Assembly: GCA_964057225.1 (NCBI GenBank)
Contig: OZ059897.1
Location: 18,538,001-18,602,000 of the forward strand
Direction of reading: 5' to 3'
Origin: Auanema rhodensis
Taxonomy: Eukaryota; Animalia; Nematoda
Length of the DNA stretch: 64,000 nucleotides
The notes under the pieces are model-generated. The model worked only from the letters and a program-made list of their open reading frames with translations. It did not search any database and was not told where the DNA came from. Below, one piece after another: positions 12,301 to 25,100 of this stretch; the first letter of the stretch is position 1, and every line of letters starts with the position of its first letter. Made by a program: the position numbers and the translations under genes.

Positions 12301-13689
12301 ACGCAGCTTAAAAATCCGGATCGAATGCACTATACTACATTAAGAAACGCTTGATACAAAAATTAGTTATGATCGTTTGAAAAATGATGCATTAGTGTAT
12401 GTTGAGTTTCCATGTACACTCAACATTGCTTCCAAAAACATTTTGACAAAAATTTTTTCGAAAAATTTCAAAATAATTTAGCAAAAGGTAGATGTTTTTA
12501 GATTCAATTTTTCAAGGCAAAGACGATGGACAATGTTATTCAACGAAAAAATTAATTCTTCAGGGTGAAATTCGAGGATATAAGTGTGAACTTATATCAG
12601 TTGATATCTCGGTGCATTTTTAAGCTAGCGCAAATCTGATAACACAGATCGACGCAGCTTAAAAATCCGCATCGAATGCACTATACTACATTGAGAAACG
12701 CTTAATACAAAAATTAGTTATGATCGTTTGAAAAATGATGCATTAGTGTATGTTGAGTTTCCATGTACACTCAACATTGCTTCCAAAAACATTTTGACAA
12801 AAATTTTTTCGAAAAATTTCAAAATAATTTAGCAAAAAGTAGATGTTTTTAGATTCCTTTTTTCAAGGCAAAGACGATGGACAATGTTATTCAACGAAAA
12901 AATTATTTCTTCAGGGTGAAAATCGAGGATATAAGTGTGAACTTATATCAGTTGATATCTCGGTGCATTTTTAAGCTAGCGCAAATCTGATAACACAGAT
13001 CGACGCAGCTTAAAAATCCGGATCGAATGCACTATACTACATTAAGAAACGCTTGATACAAAAATTAGTTATGATCGTTTGAAAAATGATGCATTAGTGT
13101 ATGTTGAGTTTCCATGTACACTCAACATTGCTTCCAAAAACATTTTGACAAAAATTTTTTCGAAAAATTTCAAAATAATTTAGCAAAAAGTAGATGTTTT
13201 TAGATTCCATTTTTCAAGGCAAAGACGATGGACAATGTTATTCAACGAAAAAATTAATTCTTCAGGGTGAAAATCGAGGATATAAGTGTGAACTTATATC
13301 AGTTGATATCTCGGTGCATTTTTAAGCTAGCGCAAATCTGATAACACAGATCGACGCAGCTTAAAAATCCGCATCGAATGCACTATACTACATTGAGAAA
13401 CACTTGATACAAAAATTAGTTATGATCGTTTGAAAAATGATGCATTAGTGTATGTTGAGTTTCCATGTACACTCAACATTGCTTCCAAAAACATTTTGAC
13501 AAAAATTTTTTCGAAAAATTTCAAAATAATTTAGCAAAAAGTAGATGTTTTAAGATTCCATTTTTCAAGGCAAAGACGATGGACAATGTTATTCAACGAA
13601 AAAATTAATTCTTCAGGGTGAAAATCGAGGATATAAGTGTGAACTTATATCAGTTGATATCTCGGTGCATTTTTAAGCTAGCGCAAATC

Positions 13690-15795
13690 TGATAACACAG
13701 ATCGACGCAGCTTAAAAATCCGCATCGAATGCACTATACTACATTGAGAAACGCTTAATACAAAAATTAGTTATGATCGTTTGAAAAATGATGCATTAGT
13801 GTATGTTGAGTTTCCATGTACACTCAACATTGCTTCCAAAAACATTTTGACAAAAATTTTTTCGAAAAATTTCAAAATAATTTAGCAAAAGGTAGATGTT
13901 TTTAGATTCAATTTTTCAAGGCAAAGACGATGGACAATGTTATTCAACGAAAAAATTAATTCTTCAGGGTGAAATTCGAGGATATAAGTGTGAACTTATA
14001 TCAGTTGATATCTCGGTGCATTTTTAAGCTAGCGCAAATCTGATAACACAGATCGACGCAGCTTAAAAATCCGCATCGAATGCACTATACTACATTGAGA
14101 AACGCTTAATACAAAAATTAGTTATGATCGTTTGAAAAATGATGCATTAGTGTATGTTGAGTTTCCATGTACACTCAACATTGCTTCCAAAAACATTTTG
14201 ACAAAAATTTTTTCGAAAAATTTCAAAATAATTTAGCAAAAAGTAGATGTTTTTAGATTCCTTTTTTCAAGGCAAAGACGATGGACAATGTTATTCAACG
14301 AAAAAATTATTTCTTCAGGGTGAAAATCGAGGATATAAGTGTGAACTTATATCAGTTGATATCTCGGTGCATTTTTAAGCTAGCGCAAATCTGATAACAC
14401 AGATCGACGCAGCTTAAAAATCCGGATCGAATGCACTATACTACATTAAGAAACGCTTGATACAAAAATTAGTTATGATCGTTTGAAAAATGATGCATTA
14501 GTGTATGTTGAGTTTCCATGTACACTCAACATTGCTTCCAAAAACATTTTGACAAAAATTTTTTCGAAAAATTTCAAAATAATTTAGCAAAAGGTAGATG
14601 TTTTTAGATTCAATTTTTCAAGGCAAAGACGATGGACAATGTTATTCAACGAAAAAATTAATTCTTCAGGGTGAAATTCGAGGATATAAGTGTGAACTTA
14701 TATCAGTTGATATCTCGGTGCATTTTTAAGCTAGCGCAAATCTGATAACACAGATCGACGCAGCTTAAAAATCCGCATCGAATGCACTATACTACATTGA
14801 GAAACGCTTAATACAAAAATTAGTTATGATCGTTTGAAAAATGATGCATTAGTGTATGTTGAGTTTCCATGTACACTCAACATTGCTTCCAAAAACATTT
14901 TGACAAAAATTTTTTCGAAAAATTTCAAAATAATTTAGCAAAAAGTAGATGTTTTTAGATTCCTTTTTTCAAGGCAAAGACGATGGACAATGTTATTCAA
15001 CGAAAAAATTATTTCTTCAGGGTGAAAATCGAGGATATAAGTGTGAACTTATATCAGTTGATATCTCGGTGCATTTTTAAGCTAGCGCAAATCTGATAAC
15101 ACAGATCGACGCAGCTTAAAAATCCGGATCGAATGCACTATACTACATTAAGAAACGCTTGATACAAAAATTAGTTATGATCGTTTGAAAAATGATGCAT
15201 TAGTGTATGTTGAGTTTCCATGTACACTCAACATTGCTTCCAAAAACATTTTGACAAAAATTTTTTCGAAAAATTTCAAAATAATTTAGCAAAAGGTAGA
15301 TGTTTTTAGATTCAATTTTTCAAGGCAAAGACGATGGACAATGTTATTCAACGAAAAAATTAATTCTATAGGGTGAAATTCGAGGATATAAGTGTGAACT
15401 TATATCAGTTGATATCTCGGTGCATTTTTAAGCTAGCGCAAATCTGATAACACAGATCGACGCAGCTTAAAAATCCGCATCGAATGCACTATACTACATT
15501 GAGAAACGCTTAATACAAAAATTAGTTATGATCGTTTGAAAAATGATGCATTAGTGTATGTTGAGTTTCCATGTACACTCAACATTGCTTCCAAAAACAT
15601 TTTGACAAAAATTTTTTCGAAAAATTTCAAAATAATTTAGCAAAAAGTAGATGTTTTTAGATTCCTTTTTTCAAGGCAAAGACGATGGACAATGTTATTC
15701 AACGAAAAAATTATTTCTTCAGGGTGAAAATCGAGGATATAAGTGTGAACTTATATCAGTTGATATCTCGGTGCATTTTTAAGCTAGCGCAAATC
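13690..15795. repeat. Local dimeric higher-order repeat (702 bp x3)
   Basis: Monomers carrying aaaaGgt/ttcAatt/aaaTtcg (13690, 14392, 15094) strictly alternate with monomers carrying ccTtttt/ttaTttc (14041, 14743, 15445). The same dimer also occurs at 9127-10530 and 11935-12987. Confidence 0.85.
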
Positions 15796-18700
15796 TGATA
15801 ACACAGATCGACGCAGCTTAAAAATCCGGATCGAATGCACTATACTACATTAAGAAACGCTTGATACAAAAATTAGTTATGATCGTTTGAAAAATGATGC
15901 ATTAGTGTATGTTGAGTTTCCATGTACACTCAACATTGCTTCCAAAAACATTTTGACAAAAAATTTTTCGAAAAATTTCAAAATAATTTAGCAAAAAGTA
16001 GATGTTTTTCGATTCCATTTTTCAAAGCAAAGACGATGGACAATGTTATTCAACGAAAAAATTAATTTTTCAGGGTGAAAATCGAGGATATAAGTGTGAA
16101 CTTATATCAGTTGATATCTCGGTGCATTTTTAAGCTAGCGCAAATCTGATAACACAGATCGACGCAGCTTGAAAATCCGCATCGAATGCACTATACTACA
16201 TTGAAGAACGCTTAATACAAAAATTAGTTATGATCGTTTGAAAAATGATGCATTAGTGTATGTTGAGTTTCCATGTACACTCAACATTGCTTCCAAAAAC
16301 ATTTTGACAAAAATTTTTTCGAAAAATTTCAAAATAATTTAGCAAAAAGTAGATGTTTTTAGATTCCTTTTTTCAAGGCAAAGACGATGGACAATGTTAT
16401 TCAACGAAAAAATTAATTCTTCAGGGTGAAAATCGGGTATATATGTGTGAACTTATATCAGTTGATATCTCGGTGCATTTTTAAGCTAGCGCAAATCTGA
16501 TAACACAGATCGACGCAGCTTGAAAATCCGCATCGAATGCACTATACTACATTGAAGAACGCTTAATACAAAAATTAGTTATGATCGTTTGAAAAATGAT
16601 GCATTAGTGTATGTTGAGTTTCCATGTACACTCAACATTGCTTCCAAAAACATTTTGACAAAAATTTTTTCGAAAAATTTCAAAATAATTTAGCAAAAGG
16701 TAGATGTTTTTAGATTCAATTTTTCAAGGCAAAGACGATGGACAATGTTATTCAACGAAAAAATTAATTCTATAGGGTGAAATTCGAGGATATAAGTGTG
16801 AACTTATATCAGTTGATATCTCGGTGCATTTTTAAGCTAGCGCAAATCTGATAACACAGATCGACGCAGCTTAAAAATCCGCATCGAATGCACTATACTA
16901 CATTGAGAAACGCTTAATACAAAAATTAGTTATGATCGTTTGAAAAATGATGCATTAGTGTATGTTGAGTTTCCATGTACACTCAACATTGCTTCCAAAA
17001 ACATTTTGACAAAAATTTTTTCGAAAAATTTCAAAATAATTTAGCAAAAAGTAGATGTTTTTAGATTCCTTTTTTCAAGGCAAAGACGATGGACAATGTT
17101 ATTCAACGAAAAAATTATTTCTTCAGGGTGAAAATCGAGGATATAAGTGTGAACTTATATCAGTTGATATCTCGGTGCATTTTTAAGCTAGCGCAAATCT
17201 GATAACACAGATCGACGCAGCTTAAAAATCCGGATCGAATGCACTATACTACATTAAGAAACGCTTGATACAAAAATTAGTTATGATCGTTTGAAAAATG
17301 ATGCATTAGTGTATGTTGAGTTTCCATGTACACTCAACATTGCTTCCAAAAACATTTTGACAAAAAATTTTTCGAAAAATTTCAAAATAATTTAGCAAAA
17401 AGTAGATGTTTTTCGATTCCTTTTTTCAAGGCAAAGACGATGGACAATGTTATTCAACGAAAAAATTATTTCTTCAGGGTGAAAATCGAGGATATAAGTG
17501 TAAACTTATATCAGTTGATATCTCGGTGCATTTTTAAGCTAGCGCAAATCTGATAACACAGATCGACGCAGCTTGAAAATCCGCATCGAATGCACTACAC
17601 TACATTGAAGAACGCTTAATACAAAAATTAGTTATGATCGTTTGAAAAATGATGCATTAGTGTATGTTGAGTTTCCATGTACACTCAACATTGCTTCCAA
17701 AAACATTTTGACAAAAATTTTTTCGAAAAATTTCAAAATAATTTAGCAAAAAGTAGATGTTTTTAGATTTCATTTTTCAAGGCAAAGACGATGGACAATG
17801 TTATTCAACGAAAAAATTAATTCTTCAGGGTGAAAATCGAGGATATAAGTGTGAACTTATAAAAGTTGATATCTCGGTGCATTTTTAAGCTAGCGCAAAT
17901 CTGATAACACAGATCGACGCAGCTTAAAAATCCGCATCGAATGCACTATACTACATTGAGAAACGCTCGATACAAAAATTAGTTATAATCGTTTGAAAAA
18001 TGATGCATTAGTGTATGTTGAGTTTCCATGTACACTCAACATTGCTTCCAAAAACATTTTGACAAAAATTTTTTCGAAAAATTTCAAAATAATTTAGCAA
18101 AAAGTAGATGTTTTTAGATTCCTTTTTTCAAGGCAAAGACGATGGACAATGTTATTCAACGAAAAAATTAATTCTTCAGGGTGAAAATCGGGTATATATG
18201 TGTGAACTTATATCAGTTGATATCTCGGTGCATTTTTAAGCTAGCGCAAATCTGATAACACAGATCGACGCAGCTTGAAAATCCGCATCGAATGCACTAC
18301 ACTACATTGAAGAACGCTTAATACAAAAATTAGTTATGATCGTTTGAAAAATGATGCATTAGTGTATGTTGAGTTTCCATGTACACTCAACATTGCTTCC
18401 AAAAACATTTTGACAAAAATTTTTTCGAAAAATTTCAAAATAATTTAGCAAAAAGTAGATGTTTTTAGATTTCATTTTTCAAGGCAAAGACGATGGACAA
18501 TGTTATTCAACGAAAAAATTAATTCTTCAGGGTGAAAATCGAGGATATAAGTGTGAACTTATAAAAGTTGATATCTCGGTGCATTTTTAAGCTAGCGCAA
18601 ATCTGATAACACAGATCGACGCAGCTTAAAAATCCGCATCGAATGCACTATACTACATTGAGAAACGCTCGATACAAAAATTAGTTATAATCGTTTGAAA

Positions 18701-20360
18701 AATGATGCATTAGTGTATGTTGAGTTTCCATGTACACTCAACATTGCTTCCAAAAACATTTTGACAAAAATTTTTTCGAAAAATTTCAAAATAATTTAGC
18801 AAAAAGTAGATGTTTTTAGATTCCTTTTTTCAAGGCAAAGACGATGGACAATGTTATTCAACGAAAAAATTAATTCTTCAGGGTGAAAATCGGGTATATA
18901 TGTGTGAACTTATATCAGTTGATATCTCGGTGCATTTTTAAGCTAGCGCAAATCTGATAACACAGATCGACGCAGCTTGAAAATCCGCATCGAATGCACT
19001 ATACTACATTGAAGAACGCTTAATACAAAAATTAGTTATGATCGTTTGAAAAATGATGCATTAGTGTATGTTGAGTTTCCATGTACACTCAACATTGCTT
19101 CCAAAAACATTTTGACAAAAATTTTTTCGAAAAATTTCAAAATAATTTAGCAAAAAGTAGATGTTTTTAGATTTCATTTTTCAAGGCAAAGACGATGGAC
19201 AATGTTATTCAACGAAAAAATTAATTCTTCAGGGTGAAAATCGAGGATATAAGTGTGAACTTATAAAAGTTGATATCTCGGTGCATTTTTAAGCTAGCGC
19301 AAATCTGATAACACAGATCGACGCAGCTTAAAAATCCGCATCGAATGCACTATACTACATTGAGAAACGCTTGATACAAAAATTAGTTATAATCGTTTGA
19401 AAAATGATGCATTAGTGTATGTTGAGTTTCCATGTACACTCAACATTGCTTCCAAAAACATTTTGACAAAAATTTTTTCGAAAAATTTCAAAATAATTTA
19501 GCAAAAAGTAGATGGTTTTTAGATTCCATTTTTCAAGGCAAAGACGATGGACAATGTTATTCAACGAAAAAATTAATTCTTCAGGGTGAAAATCGAGGAT
19601 ATAAGTGTGAACTTATATCAGTTGATATCTCGGTGCATTTTTAAGCTAGCGCAAATCTGATAACACAGATCGACGCAGCTTAAAAATCCGCATCGAATGC
19701 ACTATACTACATTGAAGAACGCTTAATACAAAAATTAGTTATGATCGTTTGAAAAATGATGCATTAGTGTATGTTGAGTTTCCATGTACACTCAACATTG
19801 CTTCCAAAAACATTTTGACAAAAATTTTTTCGAAAAATTTCAAAATAATTTAGCAAAAAGTAGATGGTTTTTAGATTCCATTTTTCAAGGCAAAGACGAT
19901 GGACAATGTTATTCAACGAAAAAATTAATTCTTCAGGGTGAAAATCGAGGATATAAGTGTGAACTTATATCAGTTGATATCTCGGTGCATTTTTAAGCTA
20001 GCGCAAATCTGATAACACAGATCGACGCAGCTTAAAAATCCGCATCGAATGCACTATACTACATTGAAGAACGCTTAATACAAAAATTAGTTATGATCGT
20101 TTGAAAAATGATGCATTAGTGTATGTTGAGTTTCCATGTACACTCAACATTGCTTCCAAAAACATTTTGACAAAAATTTTTTCGAAAAATTTCAAAATAA
20201 TTTAGCAAAAAGTAGATGTTTTTAGATTTCATTTTTCAAGGCAAAGACGATGGACAATGTTATTCAACGAAAAAATTGATTCTTCAGGGTGAAAATCGAG
20301 GATATAAGTATGAACTTATAAAAGTTGATATCTCGGTGCATTTTTAAGCTAGCGCAAATC

Positions 20361-22120
20361 TGATAACACAGATCGAAGCAGCTTAAAAATCCGCATCGAA
20401 TGCGCTATACTACATTGAGAAACGCTTGATACAAAAATTAGTTATGATCGTTTGAAAAATGATGCATTAGTGTATGTTGAGTTTCCATGTACACTCAACA
20501 TTGCTTCCAAAAACATTTTGACAAAAATTTTTTCGAAAAATTTCAAAATAATTTAGCAAAAAGTAGATGGTTTTTAGATTCCATTTTTCAAGGCAAAGAC
20601 GATGGACAATGTTATTCAACGAAAAAATTAATTCTTCAGGGTGAAAATCGAGGATATAAGTGTGAACTTATATCAGTTGATATCTCGGTGCATTTTTAAG
20701 CTAGCGCAAATCTGATAACACAGATCGACGCAGCTTAAAAATCCGCATCGAATGCACTATACTACATTGAAGAACGCTTAATACAAAAATTAGTTATGAT
20801 CGTTTGAAAAATGATGCATTAGTGTATGTTGAGTTTCCATGTACACTCAACATTGCTTCCAAAAACATTTTGACAAAAATTTTTTCGAAAAATTTCAAAA
20901 TAATTTAGCAAAAAGTAGATGGTTTTTAGATTCCATTTTTCAAGGCAAAGACGATGGACAATGTTATTCAACGAAAAAATTAATTCTTCAGGGTGAAAAT
21001 CGAGGATATAAGTGTGAACTTATATCAGTTGATATCTCGGTGCATTTTTAAGCTAGCGCAAATCTGATAACACAGATCGACGCAGCTTAAAAATCCGCAT
21101 CGAATGCACTATACTACATTGAAGAACGCTTAATACAAAAATTAGTTATGATCGTTTGAAAAATGATGCATTAGTGTATGTTGAGTTTCCATGTACACTC
21201 AACATTGCTTCCAAAAACATTTTGACAAAAATTTTTTCGAAAAATTTCAAAATAATTTAGCAAAAAGTAGATGGTTTTTAGATTCCATTTTTCAAGGCAA
21301 AGACGATGGACAATGTTATTCAACGAAAAAATTAATTCTTCAGGGTGAAAATCGAGGATATAAGTGTGAACTTATATCAGTTGATATCTCGGTGCATTTT
21401 TAAGCTAGCGCAAATCTGATAACACAGATCGACGCAGCTTAAAAATCCGCATCGAATGCACTATACTACATTGAAGAACGCTTAATACAAAAATTAGTTA
21501 TGATCGTTTGAAAAATGATGCATTAGTGTATGTTGAGTTTCCATGTACACTCAACATTGCTTCCAAAAACATTTTGACAAAAATTTTTTCGAAAAATTTC
21601 AAAATAATTTAGCAAAAAGTAGATGGTTTTTAGATTCCATTTTTCAAGGCAAAGACGATGGACAATGTTATTCAACGAAAAAATTAATTCTTCAGGGTGA
21701 AAATCGAGGATATAAGTGTGAACTTATATCAGTTGATATCTCGGTGCATTTTTAAGCTAGCGCAAATCTGATAACACAGATCGACGCAGCTTAAAAATCC
21801 GCATCGAATGCACTATACTACATTGAAGAACGCTTAATACAAAAATTAGTTATGATCGTTTGAAAAATGATGCATTAGTGTATGTTGAGTTTCCATGTAC
21901 ACTCAACATTGCTTCCAAAAACATTTTGACAAAAATTTTTTCGAAAAATTTCAAAATAATTTAGCAAAAAGTAGATGGTTTTTAGATTCCATTTTTCAAG
22001 GCAAAGACGATGGACAATGTTATTCAACGAAAAAATTAATTCTTCAGGGTGAAAATCGAGGATATAAGTGTGAACTTATATCAGTTGATATCTCGGTGCA
22101 TTTTTAAGCTAGCGCAAATC
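20361..22120. repeat. Run of five consecutive 352-bp (+G) monomers
   Basis: ORF-track starts 20487, 20839, 21191, 21543 and 21895 are 352 apart. The last four monomers look identical by eye. Confidence 0.9.
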
Positions 22121-25100
22121 TGATAACACAGATCGACGCAGCTTAAAAATCCGCATCGAATGCACTATACTACATTGAAGAACGCTTAATACAAAAATTA
22201 GTTATGATCGTTTGAAAAATGATGCATTAGTGTATGTTGAGTTTCCATGTACACTCAACATTGCTTCCAAAAACATTTTGACAAAAATTTTTTCGAAAAA
22301 TTTCAAAATAATTTAGCAAAAAGTAGATGTTTTTAGATTCCTTTTTTCAAGGCAAAGACGATGGACAATGTTATTCAACGAAAAAATTAATTCTTCAGGG
22401 TGAAAATCGGGTATATATGTGTGAACTTATATCAGTTGATATCTCGGTGCATTTTTAAGCTAGCGCAAATCTGATAACACAGATCGACGCAGCTTAAAAA
22501 TCCGCATCGAATGCACTATACTACATTGAAGAACGCTTAATACAAAAATTAGTTATGATCGTTTGAAAAATGATGCATTAGTGTATGTTGAGTTTCCATG
22601 TACACTCAACATTGCTTCCAAAAACATTTTGACAAAAATTTTTTCGAAAAATTTCAAAATAATTTAGCAAAAAGTAGATGTTTTTAGATTCCTTTTTTCA
22701 AGGCAAAGACGATGGACAATGTTATTCAACGAAAAAATTAATTCTTCAGGGTGAAAATCGGGTATATATGTGTGAACTTATATCAGTTGATATCTCGGTG
22801 CATTTTTAAGCTAGCGCAAATCTGATAACACAGATCGACGCAGCTTGAAAATCCGCATCGAATGCACTATACTACATTGAGAAACGCTTAATACAAAAAT
22901 TAGTTATGATCGTTTGAAAAATGATGCATTAGTGTATGTTGAGTTTCCATGTACACTCAATATTGCTTCCAAAAACATTTTGACAAAAATTTTTTCGAAA
23001 AATTTCAAAATAATTTAGCAAAAAGTAGATGTTTTTAGATTTCATTTTTCAAGGCAAAGACGATGGACAATGTTATTCAACGAAAAAATTAATTCTTCAG
23101 GGTGAAAATCGAGGATATAAGTGTGAACTTATAAAAGTTGATATCTCGGTGCATTTTTAAGCTAGCGCAAATCTGATAACACAGATCGACGCAGCTTAAA
23201 AATCCGCATCGAATGCACTATACTACATTGAGAAACGCTTGATACAAAAATTAGTTATAATCGTTTGAAAAATGATGCATTAGTGTATGTTGAGTTTCCA
23301 TGTACACTCAACATTGCTTCCAAAAACATTTTGACAAAAATTTTTTCGAAAAATTTCAAAATAATTTAGCAAAAAGTAGATGGTTTTTAGATTCCATTTT
23401 TCAAGGCAAAGACGATGGACAATGTTATTCAACGAAAAAGTTAATTCTTCAGGGTGAAAATCGAGGATATAAGTGTGAACTTATATCAGTTGATATCTCG
23501 GTGCATTTTTAAGCTAGCGCAAATCTGATAACACAGATCGACGCAGCTTAAAAATCCGCATCGAATGCACTATACTACATTGAAGAACGCTTAATACAAA
23601 AATTAGTTATGATCGTTTGAAAAATGATGCATTAGTGTATGTTGAGTTTCCATGTACACTCAACATTGCTTCCAAAAACATTTTGACAAAAATTTTTTCG
23701 AAAAATTTCAAAATAATTTAGCAAAAAGTAGATGTTTTTAGATTCCTTTTTTCAAGGCAAAGACGATGGACAATGTTATTCAACGAAAAAATTAATTCTT
23801 CAGGGTGAAAATCGAGGATATAAGTGTGAACTTATAAAAGTTGATATCTCGGTGCATTTTTAAGCTAGCGCAAATCTGATAACACAGATCGACGCAGCTT
23901 AAAAATCCGCATCGAATGCACTATACTACATTGAGAAACGCTTGATACAAAAATTAGTTATAATCGTTTGAAAAATGATGCATTAGTGTATGTTGAGTTT
24001 CCATGTACACTCAACATTGCTTCCAAAAACATTTTGACAAAAATTTTTTCGAAAAATTTCAAAATAATTTAGCAAAAAGTAGATGGTTTTTAGATTCCAT
24101 TTTTCAAGGCAAAGACGATGGACAATGTTATTCAACGAAAAAGTTAATTCTTCAGGGTGAAAATCGAGGATATAAGTGTGAACTTATATCAGTTGATATC
24201 TCGGTGCATTTTTAAGCTAGCGCAAATCTGATAACACAGATCGACGCAGCTTAAAAATCCGCATCGAATGCACTATACTACATTGAAGAACGCTTAATAC
24301 AAAAATTAGTTATGATCGTTTGAAAAATGATGCATTAGTGTATGTTGAGTTTCCATGTACACTCAACATTGCTTCCAAAAACATTTTGACAAAAATTTTT
24401 TCGAAAAATTTCAAAATAATTTAGCAAAAAGTAGATGTTTTTAGATTCCTTTTTTCAAGGCAAAGACGATGGACAATGTTATTCAACGAAAAAATTAATT
24501 CTTCAGGGTGAAAATCGGGTATATATGTGTGAACTTATATCAGTTGATATCTCGGTGCATTTTTAAGCTAGCGCAAATCTGATAACACAGATCGACGCAG
24601 CTTAAAAATCCGCATCGAATGCACTATACTACATTGAAGAACGCTTAATACAAAAATTAGTTATGATCGTTTGAAAAATGATGCATTAGTGTATGTTGAG
24701 TTTCCATGTACACTCAACATTGCTTCCAAAAACATTTTGACAAAAATTTTTTCGAAAAATTTCAAAATAATTTAGCAAAAAGTAGATGTTTTTAGATTCC
24801 TTTTTTCAAGGCAAAGACGATGGACAATGTTATTCAACGAAAAAATTAATTCTTCAGGGTGAAAATCGGGTATATATGTGTGAACTTATATCAGTTGATA
24901 TCTCGGTGCATTTTTAAGCTAGCGCAAATCTGATAACACAGATCGACGCAGCTTGAAAATCCGCATCGAATGCACTATACTACATTGAGAAACGCTTAAT
25001 ACAAAAATTAGTTATGATCGTTTGAAAAATGATGCATTAGTGTATGTTGAGTTTCCATGTACACTCAATATTGCTTCCAAAAACATTTTGACAAAAATTT

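Larger units (their letters stand above)
1..16146. repeat. Variant domain A (monomers 1-46, all exactly 351 bp)
   Basis: Variants private to or enriched in this domain: ccGGat (nt 34), tgcTTtat (44-45), agtagTtg (207), tttCtc (226), gatAgac (243), ttaTttc (270), and the aaaaGgt/ttcAatt/aaaTtcg haplotype. No indels. Confidence 0.85.

Noticed and set aside
17326-17553. 75-aa ORF
   Set aside because: It arises in one monomer where two variants (tttCgatt and ttaTttc) happen to remove the stops.
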